Shown here: positions 1 to 12,580 of the stretch, piece by piece | Position numbering within the stretch: the stretch's first letter is position 1 | Layout: every line of letters begins with the position of its first letter | NCBI GenBank assembly: GCA_964019335.1 | Contig: OZ025674.1 | Location: 372,001-436,000 of the forward strand | Length of the DNA: 64,000 nt | Direction: 5' to 3' | Source: Diplonema japonicum | Lineage: Eukaryota > Protista > Euglenozoa: Diplonemea | Made by a program: the position numbers and the translations under genes | The notes under the pieces: generated by a model | What the model was told of the DNA's origin: nothing | What the model saw: only the letters and a program-made list of their open reading frames with translations | Databases searched by the model: none

Positions 1-864
1 AACTCGTACATAAGCTACCTGTCACGACCTCTCGGGGAATGCGACATGGAGAAGTTTTACAAAACGCAACACACCCCAACGGAAGAACCCGAGATCGAAG
101 CGAGACAGTTAACAGGCGACCCCACTGCTGACGACCGACCCCTTCTACACGACAAGCTCTACTCAGCGACCTACATCATATATGGGTATAACAAAGAAAA
201 ACCGGGTTTGCTAATACCAATCTGTCAGCATATGGAGGGTGATTGCAGAGTGGCCATCGAGGCAGAAGAGTACCGCGCGATGCAGGGCCTCTACGATGAC
301 TGCTTCCATTCGACCATCGACCTCAATATATTCAAACAGGTTTCCGTTCTGGCTGGCTACGGGGCGGTTTTGAGCGAGGAGGAGGTTCTGGAGATGTTCA
401 AGAACACCTTGCACTTGGTCTCGTTCTTAAGCGTGAAACGAAGATGGCTTGTGAAAAAGGAAGCCGATTTGGAAGAAAACGAGGGTGGGGACATCGAACG
501 CCTGTCGCTTCAAAAGCAGCGGATCAACGCGGAACGAAAGGTTGTGAGCCATGTCCACCTTGCTCTTGCAAGAGGTGGCGAGCTTTTACTCTGCGAAACA
601 CGGCGATTGAGTCTTATTGAGAAACATCTTTACATCCAAACCTGCAAGAAAGCCCTTGCAGAGGAGTCCTTTGACCATGATGCCTACAACGCGGCGCTTG
701 AAGAGCAGGACTTCCTCAACACGCAAACGCAGCTCACGCATGCACGGATGCGGTACCTCCACTCCGAGCTCCGACATGTGTCCACCACCAAAGATGTCTC
801 AGCTTCTGCAGAAAGACAAGCTCAGGTGTGGTTTGAAGAACGCGTTGCAGCGCGTGAAACATAG
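1..864 (+). CDS. Hypothetical protein, probably 5'-truncated by the window edge
   Basis: Frame 1 is open from base 1 to TAG at 862-864, with coding-like composition and no homopolymers. No family recognised. Confidence 0.7.
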   Translation, partial: NSYISYLSRPLGECDMEKFYKTQHTPTEEPEIEARQLTGDPTADDRPLLHDKLYSATYIIYGYNKEKPGLLIPICQHMEGDCRVAIEAEEYRAMQGLYDDCFHSTIDLNIFKQVSVLAGYGAVLSEEEVLEMFKNTLHLVSFLSVKRRWLVKKEADLEENEGGDIERLSLQKQRINAERKVVSHVHLALARGGELLLCETRRLSLIEKHLYIQTCKKALAEESFDHDAYNAALEEQDFLNTQTQLTHARMRYLHSELRHVSTTKDVSASAERQAQVWFEERVAARET

Positions 865-1000
865 TAAGTACCCTGTGGTTACCATCACAGCCCTCCAGGA
901 AAAAAAAAAAAAAAAAAAAAGAATCATATATTCTTGCATCTCAGTTCTATCCTTCACAGGTTGGCGGCGCATTGGAGAGGGAAAAAAAAAAAAAAAAAAA

Positions 1001-2818
1001 ATGTTCACGAAATCAAGCCGCGCCACCATTCATGAGAAGCTCACGCAGAGCACCCGTCGGAGCAGGGGGCATCTTTTGTTCAGAGTCCCGCTGTGTATGT
1101 TCTTTGGGACCGTTCTGATGTTGGAGCTGGTGGGGTACGTATGGGTGCGCATTGTCGTCGCCGCCCTGGAGTACGTCTTCGCAAGACGAAGCAGGACGGG
1201 AGGCCTGGGCGAACTACACAAACAACGAAGGAAAGCAACTACCTACGCAGCTTACAGAGAAACATGCAAAGCTATCGACAAACAGGAAAACCGGGAAGCG
1301 TGGAAGGGAAAAGGAGAAAGCCCGCACTACGACTGCGAAGTTATCAAGGCAGCCGTCAGAAAGCTCATCCAAGCACGCGCCTCATGCGACGCCCGCAAAG
1401 TAATGGAATCCATGTCCCTTTCACGAAACTACGGGGGGATCATGAACCTCGACCTGTACACCAAGACATGGGACGGCACAAAGACAGTGATAGAAAAGTA
1501 CGTTGAAGAAGTAACCGCCTCAATAGAATGGCTATCAGACGCGGACTTAACAGGACCACTTTCCGCAGAACGTGTCGCGTTCCTTCAAAAAGCAAAGGCG
1601 GAGTTCGGCAACACCTCACTCCTAATGTCCGGCGGGGCAATGCTCGGCCTCTACCACATAGGAGTCGTGAAGGCTCTGTTAAAAAACCAACTTCTTCCAA
1701 AGGTAATAAGCGGGACATCAGCAGGCGCTGTTATAGGATGCTACGTATGCACCAGAACCGACGAGGAGCTCACAACAGACCTCAACGACACAAAAGAGCT
1801 CCATCGTCGATTTAGCGATAAAGGTCCATTTTGGGGCGGGAAGGTAATGCAGATGAAGAACGCGTATTTCAATGGTTTTGCGTATGAGTTCGACAACTTT
1901 CACGACAAGATTCTGTGGTTCACGAACGGACTCACGTTCAGGGAAGCGCACGAGAAAACAGGAAGGGTCCTGAACATTACGTGCACACCCTCAAAAACGA
2001 AGGTGAAGGGCCACCCGTCGCTAATGTTGAATTACATCACAGCACCAGACGTCCCAATCGCTCACGCTGTCATCGCTTCATCATGTGTTCCCTTTCTAAT
2101 GGAGCCCGCTCCGATTATGGAACGCGTACGGGGGCCCGACGGTTCTTACCGAACCGACAGCGAGGGCAAGTACATCATGCGCGCATTTATGGAACAAGTT
2201 GACGACGACATTTGTTCTGTTCGAATGCGGGATGGCACCTTTGAAACCGACCTCCCCATTGACCACATGGGGCATGCTTTTAATTCGCAGTTTAACATTG
2301 TTTCGCAGGTGAACCCGCATGTTTTCCCGTTTTTCTTCAACAACACTGGAGAGGCAGGGAAACCACTTCGAAGCTGGCACGCTAAAGGAGGATGGCGGGG
2401 TGGGTTCGTTCTTTCCCTTGCGGAGCTGTGGTTGAAGGAAGACATGAGGAAAAACCTCCGAATTTTAGCAAGCTTACGATTAATGTGGGATGTATTCGGC
2501 GTGGACTGGTCGAATCTTTGGTTGCAAGAGTCTATGGGCGATATCACCATAACCCCCCCTATGTATATTTCGGATTTTTGGAATATTTCCGTGAACCTTT
2601 CTTCGGATGTGTCTGGTAAGGCTGAGCTGGACCGGAAGATAGAAACTGCTGAGCGGTTGACTTGGAAGGCGCTCCCGATGATCTCGAAGAGGATGGACAT
2701 TCAGAAGAAAATCGACGATGCGTTCTTGAGGCACACCCCGCCTTCAGCTGCGCAGTCTACTCGTATACCGTCCACTCCTCACACGTCTCCAAGATGCACA
2801 GAAGGAGGTGCTGCTTGA
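1001..2818 (+). CDS. Patatin-domain triacylglycerol lipase (SDP1/TGL3-5-like)
   Basis: SGGAMLG oxyanion motif, GTSAG nucleophile elbow, RDG catalytic Asp, IVSQVNPH motif and an N-terminal TM segment. ATG 1001 follows an A19 tract. Confidence 0.9.
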   Translation: MFTKSSRATIHEKLTQSTRRSRGHLLFRVPLCMFFGTVLMLELVGYVWVRIVVAALEYVFARRSRTGGLGELHKQRRKATTYAAYRETCKAIDKQENREAWKGKGESPHYDCEVIKAAVRKLIQARASCDARKVMESMSLSRNYGGIMNLDLYTKTWDGTKTVIEKYVEEVTASIEWLSDADLTGPLSAERVAFLQKAKAEFGNTSLLMSGGAMLGLYHIGVVKALLKNQLLPKVISGTSAGAVIGCYVCTRTDEELTTDLNDTKELHRRFSDKGPFWGGKVMQMKNAYFNGFAYEFDNFHDKILWFTNGLTFREAHEKTGRVLNITCTPSKTKVKGHPSLMLNYITAPDVPIAHAVIASSCVPFLMEPAPIMERVRGPDGSYRTDSEGKYIMRAFMEQVDDDICSVRMRDGTFETDLPIDHMGHAFNSQFNIVSQVNPHVFPFFFNNTGEAGKPLRSWHAKGGWRGGFVLSLAELWLKEDMRKNLRILASLRLMWDVFGVDWSNLWLQESMGDITITPPMYISDFWNISVNLSSDVSGKAELDRKIETAERLTWKALPMISKRMDIQKKIDDAFLRHTPPSAAQSTRIPSTPHTSPRCTEGGAA

Positions 2819-2892
2819 GAGTGATTTTTTTTTTTTTTTTTTTGTACTGTTTATTCGCGTGATTTGTGTTTGATAACAACCCCCCTCTCTCT

Positions 2893-2927
<35 letters not shown>

Positions 2928-3962
2928 GATTGGCATGTGTGACGAGTTACAATAAAGAAATCACTTTTTTTTTTCCCCCCGGTAGGGGAGAATAGTGCTT
3001 TTTCGGGGGGTGTAACTTCGCACACACTGGGGACAACAAAGGAATAACATGCCTATTATTCTGCTTTTTTTTTCTTTTTCTTTTTTTTTTTTGCTAATTT
3101 TTTTTTTTTGATTTTTTTTTAGATTCTTTTTTTTTTTTATTTACAAAAAGAAAAAAAAACGAAAAAAAAGGGGGGGTGGGAATGTATAATTGTCAAAAGA
3201 AGAAGGAAAAAAAAAAAAAAAAAAAAGAAAAAGGGAGAAGATGAAAAAGAAAAGAAGGAAAAAAAAGAAGAGGGGGTGAAAAAAAACCATTATCCACCAT
3301 GTGCGAAAGGGTTTTCTGGGGCATATTTGGGAATCTGAGGAGCTTTTTCTCTCTTTTTTTTCTCTCTTCATTTTGTGTCAAATCACCCTCGGTTCAGCCC
3401 ACATTGAACCCCCTAAAAACCCTTTATTTTTAAACACTGGTGCGCGCGTTTATTTTCTCTCTCTCTCTTTTTTTCTTTTTTTTTCTTTTTTTTAAAATCG
3501 TTATCTCCATTCTCCTTTTCGCTCCCGGTTTAAACGACTAGTTGTGTGGCAGCGCAATGAGTTGATTAAAATATTCAGGGGGGGTTTTTTTTGAGCTCGT
3601 CCGGAAAGGAATGAAAAAAAAAAAAAAAAAGAAAGAAAAAAAGAAAATGTGTCAATTTTTCTGCTTCTTTTTTCTCCCCATCTCTATAAGCAATCTGCTC
3701 CGCGCAGGGCAAAACAAAAAAAAAACAAATAAAAAAGAGAGAAAACCAACCGTTTTTCAGTAACTCCAAGTTTTGAAATTTTTAGTAACTACGCTTTCCC
3801 ATCTTTCTCAAGAAAGGGGGAAATTTTGCACGTAGAAACAGTAAAAGTCGTTCATTCTTTTCAGATTTCTTAGGCACACCTAAAGAACACATAGTTTATG
3901 GGCAAACGACACAAAAAAAAAAAAAAAAAAAAAAAAAAAGTTACTGAAAAAGAAACGTTGTT

Positions 3963-3995
<33 letters not shown>

Positions 3996-4060
3996 CCGCC
4001 ATGACCATTCCCCCCTTTAAAAAAAAAATCAAAAGGCAAAAAAAAAAAAAAAAAAAAAAA

Positions 4061-5608
4061 ATGTCAGGCCACCATTCCGACACAGAAAGCGACGCGAACT
4101 GGGACGAATGGGAAGAAAACGAGACCACGGACATAAAGTGCCTCCTCACAGACGACAAGCACACCACGGTGGAACAAACCATCTCAGCAGCCGTGGAAAA
4201 GGGCCTGACCAACCTCCCATCATGCCTCGCAGGCAAAGGTACATACTGCAAAATGAAGATAGTAAACTACATAAGAACCCGCGTAAAGGAGGGATGCGAA
4301 CCGGCAGTACTCAATACCGAAATCCAAACGGCGACGAACTACGAGCACGAAAAATATCTGCAGCCAGTCCTGGAGGGTGACGCTATGTTGTTCATGATGG
4401 GAGATGACGGCTCAGAATCAGGAAGCGAAGAGGCAAAGGTCCAAGCTTTAGAACACGAAAACACAATGTTAAAAAAAAAGATACAACAGCTAGTGGATGA
4501 AGGGTACGGAGGGTTCAAACCTAAATCAGACGAAAAATCCGCCCGCGAAGTTGACGACCACGACTACTATTATGGGTACGGGAAGTTCGACATCCACATG
4601 ATGATGCTTGAAGACGTTCCAAGAACAGCTTCCTACAGAACGGCCTTGATGGAAAACCCTTCCTTGATGAAAAATGCTGTTGTCATCGATGTCGGATGCG
4701 GTTCTGGCATTCTCTCCATGTTCGCAGCACGCGGAGGCGCGAAACACGTCATTGGCATTGACGGCTCAGAACGTGTCGCCTCCGCCGCCCGGCAAAACAT
4801 CGCTCAGAACAAACTCGACAAAACAATAACCGTTCACACCGGTTTCGCTGAAAAGCTCGAATCCCTCCCGCACAACCTTGACAAGGCAGATGTCATTGTT
4901 TCAGAATGGATGGGCTACTGCCTTCTATACGAGTCAATGCTCGATTCCGTCCTCCACATTCGCGACAAATACCTGAAAAAGGGCGGTGCGATCCTCCCTG
5001 ATATCTGTAAAATGTACGCTGCGGGTGTCAACAAGGAAGGCACCCACCTTGCATTCTGGAAAAACGTTTGGGGTTTCGACATGACTCCTATTGAAAATGT
5101 TTCCAAGCAGGAGGCGAACACCACCGGCGTCGTCGCTGATGTCGATGGTTCCAAGATAGTCACCTCCACCGCTTTGATAAAAACCATGGATTTATCTGTT
5201 ATGACTGTTGAGGACACAGAGTACACCAGTGATTTCATAGTGAAGCCCCTTGGTTCTGAGTCGGAAGTGGCGTCTGTTGTTGTTTGGTTCGACACGTTGT
5301 TCTCGGAAAGATATTGCAGGGAGATGCCTTGCAACCTTACGACGAGTCCTTACGCCAAGCCCACCCACTGGCATCACACGCTTTTCCACCTTCCTTCGCC
5401 TGTTCATCTTTCTCTTACTGAGGAGGGTTCCAGTCCTGTTGGGATGGGGTTGACGCCAGAGAACCCTGCTTCGAAGTTGTACTGCACGATTAGCATCAGC
5501 AAGCATGCCGAGCACCACAGGGACCTTTCTGTGTCCCTTTCCGTCACCCCCATGAATGAAAAGGGTGAGAAGGGGGAAATGAGAACCAGCTCGTACGCTG
5601 TGCAGTAA
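4061..5608 (+). CDS. PRMT3: Protein arginine N-methyltransferase, PRMT3-like
   Basis: VIDVGCGSGILSMFAA (motif I), SEWMGYxLLYESML double-E loop and THW loop. N-terminal KIVNYIR...YLQPVLEGD segment typical of PRMT3. ATG follows an A23 tract. Confidence 0.88.
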   Translation: MSGHHSDTESDANWDEWEENETTDIKCLLTDDKHTTVEQTISAAVEKGLTNLPSCLAGKGTYCKMKIVNYIRTRVKEGCEPAVLNTEIQTATNYEHEKYLQPVLEGDAMLFMMGDDGSESGSEEAKVQALEHENTMLKKKIQQLVDEGYGGFKPKSDEKSAREVDDHDYYYGYGKFDIHMMMLEDVPRTASYRTALMENPSLMKNAVVIDVGCGSGILSMFAARGGAKHVIGIDGSERVASAARQNIAQNKLDKTITVHTGFAEKLESLPHNLDKADVIVSEWMGYCLLYESMLDSVLHIRDKYLKKGGAILPDICKMYAAGVNKEGTHLAFWKNVWGFDMTPIENVSKQEANTTGVVADVDGSKIVTSTALIKTMDLSVMTVEDTEYTSDFIVKPLGSESEVASVVVWFDTLFSERYCREMPCNLTTSPYAKPTHWHHTLFHLPSPVHLSLTEEGSSPVGMGLTPENPASKLYCTISISKHAEHHRDLSVSLSVTPMNEKGEKGEMRTSSYAVQ

Positions 5609-5876
5609 AAAAAAAAAAAAAATAAAAAAGAATTTTTTTTGCCCCCCTTTTTTTTTTTTTATTCCCGTTTTCTCCCCAGATATCATATATAATGCCCCCT
5701 CCCCCCCCTCCCTTTCATCATTAGTTTTTTTTTTTCCTTCTTCAATTTCATAAAAATTGAAAAAAAAAAAAAAAAAAAAAAAGAGGAGGGGGAGGAGGGG
5801 AGGGAGGGGAGCGGATTTGTCTTTGTTAAAGGGGGAAAAAAAAGAAAAAAAAAAAAAAGAAGAAGAAGAAGAAACA

Positions 5877-6599
5877 ATGTCGCGACGCCCGAGAATGCAG
5901 CTCCAACCAGTGGTGGAGAAAGAGACCGCCGAGTGCGGGGTTTCCGACAGCGGTAGGTTTTGCTTCAGCAAAGGGGGCTTTAGCGTCAGCAACAAAGGCG
6001 TCACAGGTCCCATGGGAAGGCAGTTGAACATGAAGGTGGAGTCCTTCGCAGAGCTAGACATGGAAACTATGGTCAAGGTGGGAAGCGGAAGCAGCGGAAA
6101 AGTCTTCCAATGTGTCCACATCCCCACAGGACAGCAAATCGTCGTGAAAATGATTGACATCGATGAGAGCCACGCCCGACAGGAAATTATCAAGGTATTT
6201 TTTTTTTTTTTTTTTCCCCAAAAAATCCATCGAAACCAACAGGAGCTAGAAGCATATTACACTGATAAAAATGAGTACATTATTGAGTTCTACGGCGCAT
6301 TCTTCCATGAAGGCAGCATCTACATCGCTTTGGAACGCATGGACGGTTCAGTACAAGATGCTGTGTCGCTCATGGGGACAATTCCGGAAAATGTTTGCAG
6401 GGCAATGGCATACTTCGTGGTGAAGGGTTTGAGGTACCTCCACGTGGACAGGAGAAAAATACATAGAGACATCAAGCCGGGCAACCTACTATTCGACAAC
6501 ATCGGCAGGGTGAAGATCACGGATTTCGGTGTTTCAAGCAATTTTTTGAATACAACCAATTACGAGGCAGATACCTTTGTCGGAACGGTATGCCGGGGG

Positions 6600-6631
<32 letters not shown>

Positions 6632-7098
6632 TCACCTACATGTCGCCTGAGAGACTAGTCGGAAAACCGCACTCATATGGGGCTGATGTGTGGTCTCTTG
6701 GGTTATCTCTTGTGGAATGTACAACTGGGGAGCACCCGTTCATGGCTTACGGCGCAGATGGGAAGGTAGGGTACTGGGATCTTTTCAACTCTATTGATAA
6801 AGCCGAAGTCAGCTACTTAGAAACTTCTCGGCACAACGTTTCAGCAGAAATGGCTGATTTTGTGTCCCTGTGTCTTGAGAAGGACAAGGATCTTCGCCCT
6901 CCTGCTGCGAAGCTGCTGGAGCACCCTTGGTTGGAATCGCTAGACGATGTTCAGGCAATGTGCGTGCTGAAGCCGTGGGCGGACAGTGTCGCTCTCGCAA
7001 AAATGCGAACAGAGAGAGCCAAGGACAAGAAAAACTCGGGGTCAACAAAAGAAGGTGGGGAAAACTTAATCGATAATATGTTGGGGGGTTTCATGTAA
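5877..7098 (+). CDS. MAP kinase kinase (STE7/MEK family); exons 5877-6194, 6243-6587, 6631-7098
   Basis: GSGSSGKV, HRDIKPGN and DFG motifs. Splicing restores QEIIK|ELE and TFVGT|VTYMSPER, followed by DVWSLG. Confidence 0.92.
6195..6242 (+). other. Intron, 48 nt, GT-AG, phase 0, T-rich
   Basis: AAG|gtattt...ccaacag|GAG. Removing it deletes a poly-Phe insert from kinase helix C. Confidence 0.85.
6588..6630 (+). other. Intron, 43 nt, GTATGCCGGGGG(A)30G, phase 0
   Basis: Removal joins FVGT to VTYMSPER and corrects the frame. Confidence 0.93.
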
Positions 7099-7930
7099 AA
7101 AAAGGGGGAAAAAAAAAAAAACAAGAAAAAATAGGGGGGAGGGGGAAACGAATTTTTTTTATATATCTCCCCTTCCCCACATTCGTTACTCATTTTTTTT
7201 TTTTTGCAACTTAAACCAAAAGGGGAATAGAAAAGAAAAAAAAATAAGGTGGGGTACCAACTGTCCAATTTTTTGAAGGCGAAGGGAGGGGTTTTTTTTT
7301 ATGGTAAACAGAAACGCGTTTGTTTATTGTAATAATCAGAAAAAAAAGAATGGACAGGTGATGGGGGGGGGGGGGGGGGTTTATATGCGGCTTTTCTACA
7401 AAACAAAAACAAAAAAAGAGGGGGGGAAAAAAAACACCTCGATAGGTTGGTACTTACTGTTTGCGCTGACAAATTATACTTAAAGTGCGCCACAAGGAGA
7501 GTCCTAGCCATAGAATTTGTGAGCCGTAGCTTACAAGCAAAAAAAGAGGAAAAAAAAAAAGAAACGAAAGAGAAAAAGAAAGCTTTCCTATCTTGGTGGT
7601 AGACAAGAAAACTGGGAAGGGGGTATTTTTTTTTTTATTCCTTCCCCCCCATTTTTTTTTAGGTAAAGTAAAAGTAATTTTTGTAAAGGTTGTGCACTCA
7701 TTTTTTTTTTGTTCACTCGTTTTCCCTTTACCCACCCATTTTTTTTATTTTTTTTTTTATGCAGAACTTAGTCACGAACTGAATGGGGGAGGGGGTAAGG
7801 ATGAAAAGTAAGAAAAAAAAAAGAGGGGGGGAGAAAAGTGAATTGTCCTATAGAGTGGAGAGGAACAAGGATGCCTCCATCATTTGAAGCCCTGCCTGCT
7901 CCAGGCCTTTTTTTCTTCCTTTCTTTTTTC

Positions 7931-9833
7931 GCTGCCTACACCAGGCGATGCGTCACCACATTCCCTGAAGTCCTACCCCTCTCCTACGCGGACGACCTAT
8001 ACCTCTTCTCTAGGATCTCGGAGAAGGCGGTCCAGAGTTCCATACTCTTGCTGGACGAGCTCTGCCGCTTGACGAACATGTCGGTACACCCGGGGAAAAC
8101 TAAGGCCTTTAGCACCAAGAAGGGGTACAGAAGCAGGCTGGCGATGAGGGGCACCTTATTCGATACGGTGAAAAGCGTAACTATGTTGGGGTGTACGGTG
8201 TGCCTGCAGCCCACCAGGACGAAGAACACAAGGATCGCCACGGCGCTGGATGCTGTCGACAGGCTCACAGTGACCCAAATCACGAGAACGCGTAAGGCCC
8301 AACTGATAGAAGACTGCATCCTACCTGCGGCGCTCTACGGAGTGCTCTACACACCACCCACGGACTCGCTCTTGGACTCCCTCAGGAAGAAGATTACCTC
8401 TTGCATATGGGGCCCACACAACCCAACACGCTCGTCAGGCGCCCTCCTCGGGGTGGCTTTCAAAGGACACAGGCTGGACCCGTACTCAGCAGCCGCATAC
8501 CGCAGGATCACAACGTTTGCGCGGATGATGAGGAGCGACGGTGAGTCCAGTTCACTCGTCAGGGCGTGCAGAGACGGCTACAAGGAGGCCGCCCGGAACG
8601 GAAACCCCCTCGCCCCGCGCGGGATACTCGGACAGACCCACGAGCTGCTGGAGGAACTAGGGTCCAGCTGGGCGCATTTCGCGCGGCAATGGGTCCCCCT
8701 AGAGCCTGGGGCACTGAAGCATGAGGTCAGGAAGCTCCTGAAGGTCCACCTGCGAGCGAACCTCGTGGAGAGCAGACCCTCCTTTCAGGGGACGGGCGAC
8801 ATCGACGAAGTGGCAACCAACGGGCTACACCTGCACCTGGCGAACCGCAACCCTCCCAAAGCACGAAGGGTCCTGCAAGTGATAACTGGGGCTGTTTTCC
8901 CGTTCCACCCCAAGATTATCAACGACACGGTCGGGGGGCGGACGAAATGCATGGGCTGCGACGCTACTTTCGACATTTCGGAACACACGGCGAGACTCCT
9001 GGAGCACACCCTCTGGGACTGTCAGGCGCACGAGCACATCAGGACAGCTTCCGAGACGCGGGCAGCGCTGTGCACACAACGTAACCAGTGGCCCCGGTGC
9101 ACGCAACTGCACGGCATCGCGACAGTGGGACTCGGGCTGGACACTGCCGAGTTGCAGCTGATGATGGCGGAGATCACTGGTAGCTTACAACTCACCTTTG
9201 CACGGAAAAAGACGATGGACTTCAGCGTTCACCTGTGGAACAGGCCTTTCGAGAAGGGGAGTTTGCTCAAGCCACGGTCACTGAGGTGGTACTACGACAA
9301 TGGTTTGAGGCAACAGTGCCTCCCACGGCTCATCCCGCACGTCATCCGATGGCTCTCTGCCCTTCACTGGGGCACGACAGGTGGACAGGTCTCCAGGCTT
9401 GAGCTGGCCATAGACTTCATTGCCACGGTGGGACTCTCACCTTGTGAAGAGGGTGAGGACATCCAAGTGAGCGCGCGTGTAATAGGCCGGGTGATAACGG
9501 CACTAGAACGCATCCACACCAGTAAGGGCATAGCGCCCCTCATCCCAGCTGCGTCAGTAGTTTCTGTCCACTCCCTGCGCACGTTGGGTTACTACAACAG
9601 CTCCGTAAGGGGCTACTCCTCTAGACCGGTATTCGCCTCCCCGGTGACCCGCCACATCCTTGAGAAACAACTGTACAACTATTGTGTCCTTACCAACTCG
9701 GTTGAGGGTTTTATACCTAAGGTACCGAGGAGGGTGAACGAGGGGCCGAAGGCCACACCACAGCAGAAAGGTTCGATCAAGAGATAGATTGAGACTCTTC
9801 AGGCGTCCTGCCACATACCGCAGGTACCCTTAA
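7931..9833 (+). mobile_element. 5'-truncated non-LTR retrotransposon (LINE lineage A)
   Basis: RT YADD motif, RT thumb region, CxxC...EHxLWxC zinc-binding-like segment and C-terminal ELAIDF domain. The 3' UTR stem-loop ends in TTAA. Confidence 0.88.
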
Positions 9834-9837
9834 ATGT

Positions 9838-9882
<45 letters not shown>

Positions 9883-10476
9883 CTTCTTCCTTGCGTCCTC
9901 ATCCCTCTCCCCCCTGGTTTTTCTTGATTTGTTGTCACCACTTCTCCATTTCCCCCTCACCACTGCATCCGCGATGCCCCCATATTCTTATCCTTCTTAT
10001 CCTTCTTGCGTTCTTCTTCTTCTTCTTTTTTTTTTTTTTTTTCCTTTTTTTTTTCTTCTTTTCTTTTTCATATGGTCCATTTTTCGGTTTTTTTTTCTTT
10101 TTTTTTTGTCCTGGTTTTTTTTTCTTTATTCTTTTTAAAAAAAGATTTAAAGAAAAAAAAAAAAAAAAAGGTCTCAGACTATTTACAATGCTGCCCCCCC
10201 CCCCCCCCCCCCCCTTCCATTTGAAATTTTCATTCATCCAAAAGAAATATAGATTTTCCTTTTTTTTTTCTTCTTCTTTCTCTCAGGGACAAAAAAAAAA
10301 ATACCGAAAAGCAGACCTCATACCACATATTTATTGCTAAGGGTCAACCACCCCACCTACCGCTTCCTGCATTACAGCACACAGGGTTGGGGAGAGGGGG
10401 AGAGAGGGAAGGATCTTTTTATTAAAAAAGAAAAAAAAGAAAAAGAGGAAAAAAAAAAAAAAAAAAGAATACCAAC

Positions 10477-10809
10477 ATGGTCAAACAGGATATTTTCACA
10501 CTATCGCCGCAGTTTAGCTTCGTTGAAGAGGAGTGTTACCTGGTTTTAGAAAAGGAGCTCGATGTAGCCAGTGCCATGGAACTACCCTATGCAGGCAGCG
10601 AGACACAAACTGCTGCTGGAACACCGCAGCAGGATTGGGAAGACGTCCTCACTTTAGAGATACCTGAGCTGCCCCTTGTAAATGAGATGGATTTAGAATC
10701 GGCAGTTTACTCGTCGGTTGCTTCTTCCTCGGATTCCACATCGTCTTCTAGTGGATCTATTTATGCGGCTGTTGCAGTCCGTTCGCTTGCTCGGCTTCTT
10801 GGAAAGTGA
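10477..10809 (+). CDS. Small acidic hypothetical protein (110 aa)
   Basis: Homopolymer-free ORF on the gene strand, preceded by an A-rich leader like the neighbouring genes. No homology recognised. Confidence 0.5.
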   Translation: MVKQDIFTLSPQFSFVEEECYLVLEKELDVASAMELPYAGSETQTAAGTPQQDWEDVLTLEIPELPLVNEMDLESAVYSSVASSSDSTSSSSGSIYAAVAVRSLARLLGK

Positions 10810-10924
10810 GATGGATACACAAAAAAAAAAAAAAAAAAATTGAATGGGAATCACAATGAACCAGAAGAGGAGAGGGGAAGGAGGCCTTTTTTTTTTTTTT
10901 TAATACAGGCCTAGAAACCCCCAT

Positions 10925-10972
<48 letters not shown>

Positions 10973-12549
10973 CCTCTCGCTCTTCCTTTATTTGGTTAAG
11001 TCCTCCTTGCATCACTGGTTTTCCCAACAAAAGTCATGGGGAAAGGTGTGTGTGTGTGTGTGTTGTAAGTTCTCAGCCGCCCCTTTCAGCAAAAAAAAAA
11101 AAAAAAAAAAAATAAATAAATAAATAAATAAATAAATAAAAATAGATATGTGTCATGCTGCTTTTTTAAATATTTTTTTTCTTCTTTTCTTTTTTTGTTT
11201 TTAGTTCAAGTTTTTAACAAGAAATTGAAAAAAATAAAATAAAAAAGACTGGGGAAAAATAAAAGAAAAAAAAAGTAAAAGCGAAAGGCACCATGTAGAT
11301 TTGTTGAACGGAGGTTGAATGGGGGGTTTTTTTTTTTTTAAAAAAAGAATCAACTGCAATGCTGTGGTTGCTGAAATCCTCCAAGCAAACAAAAAAAAGA
11401 AAAAAAAAACCCTGTAGTCACGAGGTTTTTTTTTTTTTTTTTTTTTCTCCCCGCTCGAGGAGAGAGACAGAGCAAAAGCAAATGGTAACATCCTCTTCGT
11501 TTGGTACGGAAACGAACAGGTTTATTTATCACTTTCTCTCGTAAAGAAAAAAAAAGGGGGGAGGGGGAGGGGGGACAAACCCCATTCAATTTCAATTGCA
11601 AGCTTAAAACAGCTTTCTGCACACATTAGTTTGCTTCCCCCTCTTTCTCTTTTTTTTCTTTTTTATTTTTCAAATTTCAAACTGCAATAAGAAAGTTGAT
11701 GCTGGCTTGTTCGGCCTAAACTAACACATGTCAGGCAGCTCTCCATAATTCAACCCCCTACCCGAAGGAACACAATCCATCCCTTGGTTGTTGTTTTTTT
11801 TTTTTTTTTTTTTTTTTCCACGTCTTTTCTGGTTAGCTTCCCCCACTCCCTGTTCCCTCCAGCGCATGAAGAAACAAAAAAATAGCGAGGGAGGGGCGGG
11901 GAAAAAAAAAAAGAAAAAAAAAAAAAGGAAAGGAATGAAAAGAAGACACTCTCCTCTCCCCCCCTTAGTTTTAGTTGTGGGCATTATGCACTGGACCTGC
12001 GGGCGCGACACTTCGAGGAACCTTGTTGTTCTGAGGGTTTGTGACATATGGCCGGTTACGGTTACCGATGTAGCTAAACTAACACGGGGAGAAGGGGGAG
12101 TGTTATTTAATTCTGTGCACCTTGTATTGCACTCTCCCACTTCTTCTTTTTTATTTTTTTTATTTTTCACCCCCTCCATCCCTTCCTTCTACCTTTGGTG
12201 GTAAAGGGGGAGTGGAAAGGAAGGCCAGTGTAAGAACTCGCTCCCTTCCCCATTGTGATTCACCTCCTCTTTTTTTTCTTCTTCTTTTTTTTTCCTAAAA
12301 AAGAAAAACCTTGTTAGAATAAAAGATATCATGGAAGCAGGTACAAAAGAAATACACAAAGCACACCTCTATCCCCTGTGCGATGATGGTATTCCAAACA
12401 AAAAAAAAAAAAAAAAAAAAAAAAAAGAAGTAAATTTATTACAAAAGTGTGCGCCCAGCACACTCAATTTTTGTCGAGTTTTTCCCCCTTGCCAGCATCC
12501 CAATGGAATGAGAAAAATTGAAGGAGAAGTTGTAATTCCACACAGGGTG

Positions 12550-12570
<21 letters not shown>

Positions 12571-12580
<10 letters not shown>

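Noticed and set aside
617-1000. N-terminal extensions in the ORF track (617, 4001, 5757, 21953, 48143, 55509)
   Set aside because: They translate UTR homopolymers as poly-Lys or poly-Phe, or overlap the upstream gene.
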